DNA of 64,000 bases, from contig JBLDXI010000042.1 of NCBI GenBank assembly GCA_047495785.1, forward strand, positions 2,108,001-2,172,000, written 5' to 3'. This DNA comes from Lepidodermella squamata (taxonomy: Eukaryota > Animalia > Gastrotricha). The stretch's first letter is position 1, and the number at the start of each line of letters is the position of its first letter. Under the pieces are notes generated by a model that saw only the letters and a list, made by a program, of their open reading frames with translations, did not search any database and was not told where the DNA came from. The position numbers and the translations under genes are program-made. Of this stretch, positions 55,023-64,000 are shown piece by piece.

Positions 55023-56121
55023 AATTTTATGTAATTCTGATTTATTGTAGTTTGTTTTATTTACAGTTTACAGTTTACACTCGCAGTTGTAATTAAGCAC
55101 AGGTAGATTATTTTTACAGATTAAAATCCACTCGTCTGCCGGCTCGTTCCGCCTCGATTTCACTCGTTTCATTCGTTTTACTCGATCTATATTTCGTGCT
55201 TCACTCGAATATAGATTTCTACTCATGTTATATCATACCAAATGTAAAAATTGAACAGATTCCAAAATAATGTCTTTGGTCCCTGCCCTGGAGACCACGA
55301 CTATTCTGTCACACTTATCTATAAGTCAGAGTTATATCAAACCTGTAGCTTGAGTAACTCGAATCACAGATACGTGAATAATTATTAAATTGCCGAAATT
55401 GATTTATCGGAATCTTCATTGATTTTCTGGTTAACATTTCAATCGCTTGATTCATAATGTTCTAAAACTCGTCATCGGCGTTCGTGCTGTAACATAATTC
55501 GGAAACACTATCTACATCGGTATTGATTCTTTAATACCGTGACAATTCAACCGTGTCGACTTTCCGCGAGATTCGCCCCATGTTTAATTTTCATAATCAG
55601 AGTATCCGCTCAGATTTCAGCTTCAGATTGTATGAAATTAATTCCCGGAATAGTAATTCGATAGACATCGGGAATTGTTTGCCATACAAGACGCCCAAAT
55701 CCAATCCAAGACTGAGCCACAACATCGAAAATTAAATTTTGCGTCTAGAATGACCTTGATCGCTTGCTGGGGCCCTATCGTTGAAGCAAAGCCATCCTTG
55801 GCATTGTTCCAACTTCTTCGAATTGATCGAAAATGTTGTAGCGCGCTTCTCACAGTTACCGCACGAATTATGTTGCGTAGGAGAGATCGTTAGTTTCGTT
55901 TCTCCGGCTGATGCCTCACCCGTTTTTTCCCAGTGCGATACCGGTTTACATTTAATTGCTTCGTGTCTGGGATTTGCCAAGTCTCATACGGAATTGATGC
56001 AACCAAGACGAAAACTCTTTCGTTTATTTGCGAAGCGTCCTGTAGGAAATAATTAAGAGGTTTCCACTTTCATCAATCAAAGTTTTCGGCGACATCCTGC
56101 ACATTTTGATGAAATTTCGAG

Positions 56122-59100
56122 ATGCTGGCAAGACTTACTGCCCTTTTAGCAGGCATAACCGCTTGCACAGCTGAGAATACAGAAACCTGCCTGTGGAACG
56201 CCACTGCTGCGGGTATCATAACAACATCCCGCATCTCCACATACATGAATCGAAAGAGTATATCGCCGACCCTTACTACGGCTTATGACCTGGGAACAAC
56301 TGTTTTAGTGACATGCAACGCCAACTCATCTGCTACCTCGACAAAATGCTTGGATAGCGGCCGTTGGACTAAAAGCATCAGTAGTTGCTCGGACTTCAGT
56401 AAATTCGTTTCTATATTCGAAAATGTGATTCAAAATTAGAACTATATAGATTCAGCCAACCAGATGAGCAATCAAGCGTGTGATTGGCCGGTTGAACTAA
56501 AGGCCGATCATACGTACAAAATCAGCGTTGACGACGAAAAGACTTGGAGTGTCGCTTCTTCTTTAAAAGCTGCGGTACAAAATGCCATCGTTAGAGATTT
56601 CTGCGCGTCTGGAGCTTACATTCAATCGACCTGTCTCAATGGGAAATTTCTCCCAGATCCCACTAGTTTTGATTGTGGAGAACCTGGGGACACACCTCCC
56701 TCAAAGCTAACAGCGTATTGGCCTTTGAATAAAGACACATTGTTAAGAGCAGTTACTCCAGGCACGCCTGGTTTCTCGATCATGGATGGAGCGAATTTAA
56801 CTACCATTACATCAGTGAGCTTTTTGGAGTATGGGTATAAGCTGGGTGGACCGAATGGTGGATGGTTGAAAAGTGAGGGGAAAGTTACGCAAATGTACGG
56901 TCCCGCTTGGTCTATTGCAGTGCTAGCTAGGGGCGACTTTCTTGGCGATCTGGTCAAGATGTCATCTGGGGACCTTTCTTACCAAGTATCAGTTGTCAAT
57001 GCTTCCGTGCAAGTAAACCTACTAGGAGGACTCTCTTCAATGAACAATCCAAAATTCGGGAATCATAACGGCTGGATACTGTATTTGGTTGGTCATGATG
57101 CCGTAACAGCTAGGGCGGTACTTTCAGCCTTCTTCGGGTCATTATACAACTCCGGAATGAAACAAGGCGGAAATGGGACACTTCCTACCTCTGGAGTTGA
57201 TGTTACCCTAGGCGAAGCGTAAGTGACAAACCCATGTTTGTAACGAAAAATAATAACTTTTTTCAGATCCAACACCTCTGGGGCAATTTCTTGTCTCATT
57301 ATGTTCAATTTTTTCTATTCAGACCCAGATTCAGCCGACATACTAGCCCGGCAGTGCATAGCAAGTTAGATCAAGTGCTTAGCAAGCTAGAATTTTTGTT
57401 TCTATTATGTGTTATATACCTAAGCCATGTTGTCTCCTGACGCATCGAAACTTAACTCCTGCAAAAACTGCACTTGGAATTACGAAGACAATTTGTCGAT
57501 GAACATAGCAAACCTCCGTAAGAGAAGAATTTTTAATGTTGAGTACAGTGAATTTTCTAAACTGGACGCTTTCGGGTGGCTCGATTAAAAAATGTGGATC
57601 CTCTTAAAGTTTGGAAAGCCCAAAAAACCACAGGTTGGAGACCATCTGGTCTTATAATTTGGGCCCGAAAAAACCCCTAGTTCGAGGATCTTAATTGGCG
57701 CACCTGTTTAGACCGTTTTCAGTGTATTTTACCTAAATTGTAGACAAGTTTTACCGACGAGGGGCGGCAACTCTAACAAAGAACGGAATGACGATTCGAT
57801 TGGCTGCAATGGGCCAGCAAGGCGTGGTGTGGTCTCCTTTAGTAAGTTTTATTATCAATATCTGAAAAACCGTGGACGAAGAACTAAAAAATGTACACTT
57901 TATTCAGACTTTCAGGGCATCAATCGATTTCCGCGCCGAGTTCCAAGTAACAATAGACCCCCTCAATGTTGATTTGGAATTGTGGTTCGCAGCAAGCCCA
58001 ACCTCAATCGACCTGACAAAAGGCTCGAGTGAAAACCGGGCCTTCAACCTAAAAATGAACTCATTTGCTGGGATGTTAGTTCGCCGCTCCAAAATTGGTC
58101 GTTACGAAATTCAATACTCGGCCGAGCCTGTGCCTCTTGCTAACATAGTATCGGCAGTCAATGTGACCAACTCCTGTAATCCGCAGGGGATTATTCTAGA
58201 AAAAGTCGGGAAGAATCTAACCGTGTACTGCCAGGACCCCAACTTCATCGTATTTCTAGTTTCGGTAGATATCAGCCCATTCAACTCGATAGCTGACGAT
58301 ATAGTCATGGGAATTTACGCCCAGTATCAGATACATACACTCAATATCAAGACACAGGCCTATTTGCATTTGATCAAGTTTCATACCAACAGTCCTGTTA
58401 CATCAACTTCATCAACGAGTACAACTAGTATTACTACTGGCCCTGACAGTACTACTACTACTGCTTCTAGCACCCCTGCTAACACTGAACCATCCTCATC
58501 TGTATCTACTGCTACCTCCCCTACTACATCTACTGCTAGGTCTACTGCATCTACTTCGACCTTGTTCTCCACTCGAGATATCTCTTCGACCACAACCGCT
58601 GTTATGAAGGCCTCTGGGACATTCTACACATACGTGCCAGCCATGAATATGAGTATTACTGGCGATGTAATCGTAATACCGACTGCTAACCTCACGATTT
58701 CAACCCAACCTTGGGATACTAGCTTGGACAGACCCGGCTCGCGAAATTTCACCGCTCTAGCCGATTTCATGCTACCAGCCATTCGACAGCAGGCTGATAA
58801 GACCTGTGAACTGTTGAATTGCGAGGTTCTTTCGGTGAATATCACTGGTTTCCGCAAGGGCAGCATCATTTCGGATTACATTGTAGTTCTAAGGAGTTTG
58901 ACGCAGCTAACCGAGAGCGAGATTGCGTTCAAAGTCGCCGTTGCAACTGAGAAGCTGAAAGAAGTAATCACCGCCAAGCTCGCAAATGGGCTAGATTCCT
59001 CGCGATTGGGTGGGGTAGTCATTCGACAGATCGACGGGCCATTACTAGTTACAGGCTCGGGCTTTACAAAACAACCCGTTGGTAGCGTTGTTGGATATGA

Positions 59101-59188
59101 ACCGAAAAATCATGCGAATCCTGTCACGAAATCGCAGGCATTGACAGGTTTTCTCATTCTCTTCTCAACTATGGTCATTTCCATGTAA
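56122..59188 (+). CDS. Cell-surface protein: signal peptide, 2 Sushi-like modules, LamG/pentraxin-like domain, L-type lectin-like domain, S/T stalk, SEA domain, GPI-like tail (exons 56122-56398, 56450-57218, 57267-57364, 57425-57517, 57744-57841, 57908-59188)
   Basis: All five introns are GT-AG and phase-compatible; LTAYWPLN; GAATLTKNGMTIRL...QQGVVWSPL..DFRAEFQVTI; SEA GFRKGSII; hydrophobic C-terminus with no cytoplasmic tail. Confidence 0.75.
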
Positions 59189-60360
59189 TTACACTGTAAA
59201 ACTCTATACACTTTTTTCCCCTATATAAATGCTTTTTGGTTGAATGTTAGCATTACCGCAATAATCTATAATACTAAACGACGAAGGTCCTCAACGGCTA
59301 AATTTGAATTTTCCTTTGTATTTGCCGGCATGCTTAAATAGTATACTTCCACTCACCCGGTAGCCAAGTGCTTAGTGTCAATAGATAGAGAATAAAAAAC
59401 TACTCGAGCGAAAAATGCCAGATTTCGAATCCGTCAAATCCGCAGTGTCAAAAATGCCAAAAAACAAATAGAGCGCTTTCTGATTTTGAACGCAATTAAA
59501 TTTAAAATACGAAAACATTTTTAAACAGTTATTTATTTACTAAAACTAATTTTTATTATTTAAATTTAAATATTTTCCATGGCGACGCGTTTGCGGGGAA
59601 ATTCAAAAATTCCGGTCGCGTCGCCTGACTCTTGGGGTTCCAGTATCTCAACCAAGGACACGTCCCCGGGGTCGGGGAATGCTAAATTCGTGCTCAGCAT
59701 GGTCGAATTGATAATTAGAGCATGAGAAAGACAAATAAATCGAAAAAAATTAATTATGTTTATCTCATGCATTGTCGCCACTATTCACAGGTACCATGGA
59801 AGATGGTCTTGATGTCACTCCTTGAGGGTGGATGACGACTTTAAAAAGCTTCTACCGCTGCTTATCTTACTTAGAGTTGTTGATTTAGTAGAAATAGGTG
59901 GTTAATTAATGTTTTTACACCTCAGGAACGTCATTTGCGAGATGTTGGATGCTCACGTTACGTATCCTTTTTAACTTTAACCCCACTCATCCATTGCAAG
60001 ATCTTCTGAGACTGGCTCAGTTCTGTAGAGCATCTACCAAGATCATTCGATTAATGAATCAACTATGTTGAGTAAGAAAAACAACAGTGAAACCTTCGGG
60101 GAGTAACCCATCACCCCAAGGAGTGAACTAATCAGCCATGTTACAAGAGTTCTCGCCCGTGCATGAATCTGATATGCTAACCTTTTCATAAATTCACATT
60201 ATTATCTGGGCTTTCTTATAAAATCGACCGTGCTGATGACGAATCTTACGTGCGCTGACCTCAGAGACGTGTCTTTAGATGAGAATTTAGAACCCCTCAG
60301 TGAAGTCTTCGCGGTTATCAGTGATCCGAAATTTGAGAAAGTTCACCGTGTGTACACATT

Positions 60361-60395
60361 GGCGCCCGCTTAGCGGGCGCCTGTTGTTTTACTAG
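60361..60395 (+). mobile_element. Helitron-like 3' terminus
   Basis: Perfect hairpin GGCGCCCGC-TTA-GCGGGCGCC 10 nt before CTAG, followed by T; 5' end not identified. Confidence 0.55.
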
Positions 60396-61183
60396 TTAAT
60401 AAGAATCAATAAAAGACTTTATACAGTGCTCCCTCGTTAGTGGCACCCTCCTTAAAAGAACTCCCTCGTTTGTAGACCGTAATTTTGGACCCTGCTAAAT
60501 AAATTAGTTGTAAATTTTTAATTAAACAAATAATAATTATTTGATAGATTTAAAAAATTAGGCGTGAAAAATTAAAATAATAAAGCGTTCCTAGAAACCT
60601 AGCGGCGCGTTGTCGTGGCTTTGAGAGATCCAGTTATTTCCAGTTTAGTTCAAACGAGTTGAAACATCATCAGTGCATTAAGCTTTGAAATGACTTTGAT
60701 TATGCAACAGAGTGTGTGGATTAGCTGCCACTCAAGTCGTGCTGCGAGTCGTCCTGATTTTTAGTTGAAATTCCACCAGAAATTCACCAGCCAGTTCATC
60801 AGAAAAAACTAGTAATTCGTTTCAACTATAAAAATGCCCTTCTATCTTCAATCTTCTTGATTGCTGATCAACCAATATGCCCATTGAATTGCCCTCATTT
60901 TTCATTATTTAACAGTTTTCCCAGCCAGAAAATCTCTTTAAATTTATCAGCATTATTAGCATGAGTCAGGATTAAAATCGTTACTTCTTCTTAGGAAAAT
61001 CTGAAACTTCGTGGTATTTTTTATAATATCTGACATCTTTGAATGAGCCCCGCTGAGAGAGAGATACCGATTTATTGGTGGTCTGCGTTACATAATTCTT
61101 AGTAACATTGCCTTTAAGACACAGAGATATGAATTAATTAACTTCAGTATAGGTGATATTTCTTAATAATAAGTATTGGTTAT

Positions 61184-64000
61184 TTATCGTTGGTTGGAAT
61201 ATAGATGGTGGTGAAGAATTCGAATACTGTCTTTGAGGGCCTGTGAAGCGATATCGATGGCTGTGCCGGCGTTGATTCCATAATCGCGCAGAAGTTTTAC
61301 GGCTTCTGTTGTCAGGGATCCGCGGGCACCGATATATAGTCCATGTACTTCTATTGAATCTAGGTTGTATGCTTCGCAAATAAACTTGCTACATGGCTCG
61401 TATATTGCGCGTTTTTCCGCATCGACCAATTCGAATTGGTTTTGCGAAGACTCGCATCTGATAGTTGGATCAATAATTATTCCTGTTCGGCTTCCTTTTC
61501 GGAGGGCTAGGATATCAAAGCGGCGAGAAGAGCCGTTGCTGGCTACACAATGTCCTTCCTCAGTGACATTATATCCCTGGCCGCGCAATTCGCTCGCTAT
61601 TTTCTGGCGGATTTTGTTATGTCTCGAAGTGATTAGCAACGAGTTGTAGGGGCAGGCGCCAAGGACGTGAGCAAGAGATTCAATCTCAGCGCCGCATCGA
61701 CGACACTGGTTTCCGTCCTGACTGACACCTGGTACCCCTCTAACCGGAGCCGTGTTTGTAGACATTTTGATCGCCATGGTCCATTCAGCAACGCTTAGCC
61801 CATTTCTCCGAAAAACCCAATTGTTTGTTTTGGGCACGCATTTGAACTGGGCAACTCCTCTCCCTTTTTGATCCAAGCTGCACCATGCTTCAAATTCTCG
61901 CAGTCGAAGAGTGCTACGTATAATCTTAGCATTCGGAGGAAGATTTTTCTCCGGGTCGAATCGATCATCGTTTTCCAATTCCTCATCCAGATTCTGATCA
62001 AGCTCATCATTGTTAAGGTCAACATCAAGTTTCGCTAGACATTCTTCCATTTCCTTCTCAAGGTTTCTGCAGGCCAGTACCAGGGGTTCGCCGTTAGCTA
62101 ACAATTTTCTACAAATATTATATATTTGAAGATAAGCTTCCCAAGTAGCTTTCGGAAGGCCAAGACCACGATGTTTACGAGCAGCATAGAAGAAGCTAGT
62201 GGGCGTGCTTGTAGGCAAACCGACGCATTCTTTAACGACGCTACGCATAATGACGTCAACGGATTCCAAAAATGTTTTCCTGATCGCTTTAATTGGCGCC
62301 GTTTGAAACGGATAAATAAGCTTTGGCCAGATGAACTGGGTCAAAATAGTCAGTTTTTGGTCTGCTAGTAATAGGTTCGAATTTGCTAGCAGTTCTAGTT
62401 GTTCCTTCAGTTCAGAGATGACGGCTGCTTCGTCAAACACAATTTCATCATGGAAGGTGACGCCAAGATACTTGATCGTTTCATCGTTTTTGATTGCCGG
62501 AATGGAATCTCCGTTGCTTAAAATCAAAGGATCGCAGGATAAAACACCATTTTCCACGATAATCGCTGCGCATTTCTTTACGTTAACTTCCAAGCCTATT
62601 TGAGAGAAGAGGTTTCGAGCCATTTCGACGAGTGTTGCAGCGGAATCACGACTATTTCCGACTGGGGCCGAGCACTGAAACGTTTGCTAGTTCTGATGAA
62701 AGCTTAAAACCATAGGCATCAGCTACTTCTTTTTCTGACAATTCACGAAGGACAAAATCGATACAAAGGTTGAAGATGGTTGGTGAGATTGGTGAGCCTT
62801 GCATAACTCCTCTTTGAAATGAGATTTTAGAAGTTTTGTGACCATTTGCCTCGATCTGAGTGGAATTATGATTAATTAGCTCCAGAATCATTTCACGCAG
62901 GTTGCTTGGTATCGGTAATGTTTCCAGAGTGCGCTGAATGTGCTCAAAGCCAATGTTGTCAAAGGCTTTTGCCAGATCCAGAAAGGTTACAACGCATGTA
63001 GACTTTTCTGCCTTCGCTTTTCTTAGACAACCGGAAACAATCGAAGAGTTTATATGTGTACCGGCGCATGATGTAAATCCACGCTGGTTAGACGAAAAAC
63101 TTACGTATTCTCGTAGTCGTCGATCAAGCATTCGTTCGAAAACCCTTCGAACAAGTGAGGTTATCGTAATTGGACGCCAGTTGTTTGGGTCACCCAAATC
63201 TCCAGATTTGTCGATCAACACTGTTCTTGCTAATTTGAGGCTCCTCGGAAGCATTTTCCTTTTCAGCATGGAGTTGTATATGAGGACAAGAACGTCAATG
63301 CAGCCTTCCGCATGAAGTACTCTCATTAGTGTTCTGTCTGGTCCAGGAGATGTATCAAGTGCTATCCCGGCCGCGGCGGCTTTTACTTCGTCAGCGCTTG
63401 TTTCGGATTCGAAAGTAGAGTCAATTTTTGTTTGTTCGTCTACTGTCATCGCATTGTCGTAGAAAGGTCGTGTCGAGTCATTAGCTTTTCCCCATCGTGT
63501 TGCGAAAAAAGAATTAATTTGACTTATCGGTATTAGGCAACCTTTGGACTTGGCCTTGCTGGTCACTAATCTTGCGACTTGACGCCGCCGATTGTAGAAG
63601 AGGTATTGAGCCAGTTCGTATTCGTATTGATGTCTAGATTTTTCTCTCGATCGCTTTGCTGCTCTGGCAGGATTCGACGATGCCTTAAAGTTTTTCTTCG
63701 ATGGCGAGTTTTTGTTCTTTCTCTTTTTCTTTCGGGCAGCGACATATTTTCGAGCCGGGTGCTTAGGGCCCGGTAAATCGTCAATAACATTAGGGAGGTT
63801 CTCCATGAATTCTGACACAGCTTCGTCGAATTCTTCATCGGAACAGTTACTAGTTATCACAGTTTTGAATTTGACGCTCCATTCAGCAAAAAAAGAAACT
63901 TGTTTCTTTGATTTGGTCATCTCGGTACGATCTTCTTTTTCGATTCCAACAGTTGTAGTAGTTGTAGATCTTGCAAACTTTTCGACCGTTTCTTTCCGAC
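61184..64000 (-). mobile_element. RLE-type non-LTR retrotransposon (R2/NeSL-like superclade), RT catalytic motif deleted; continues beyond the window
   Basis: RT motifs SPGPD, NWRPITI, FLDLAKAFD, RGVMQGSPISPTIFN, IKYLGV; CCHC CRRC...HVLGAC; RHN; RRFDI...IIDPTIR..EK endonuclease; frameshift at ~62655-62666. Confidence 0.9.

Noticed and set aside
55553-56056. Short ORFs upstream of the SEA gene
   Set aside because: The homologous region at 51.9-52.1 kb does not preserve the frames, and no motifs were recognised.
60422-60490. TA-CAGTG pogo/Tc1-like TIR
   Set aside because: No matching right end found, so no element could be delimited.
61040-61075. U2 snRNA or rDNA target site for the RLE retrotransposon
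   Set aside because: Only faint resemblance; no recognisable snRNA or rRNA sequence flanks the 3' end.

Overview
Compact animal (invertebrate-type) genomic DNA with canonical GT-AG introns of about 50 bp; the taxon cannot be fixed from sequence alone. The left half (1-37 kb) is a cluster of intronless orphan class C (GABA-B-like) GPCRs interleaved with a small family of secreted proteins. It contains a 10,354-bp-offset tandem duplication, several MITEs, an RT-less LINE derivative, a spliced Crypton-like tyrosine recombinase gene and a Sola1-type transposase. The right half (39-59 kb) is a run of co-oriented genes, mostly for secreted or surface proteins. It includes a Sushi-LDLa-ankyrin protein, a bulb-type lectin, a prolyl 4-hydroxylase, and a GPI-type LamG/lectin/mucin/SEA protein plus a broken paralog; tRNA-Arg(ACG) lies on the opposite strand. 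The window ends in an RLE-type non-LTR retrotransposon. The most striking candidate for a new system is two tandem Cys-loop ligand-gated ion channel genes, each fused in frame to an N-terminal legume (L-type) lectin-like domain (43.2-48.3 kb). A second candidate is a 33-nt sequence ending in AG, found near the start of two unrelated inserted DNAs, which may be a relic of a trans-spliced leader. All domain calls are by motif recognition by eye; no searches were run.
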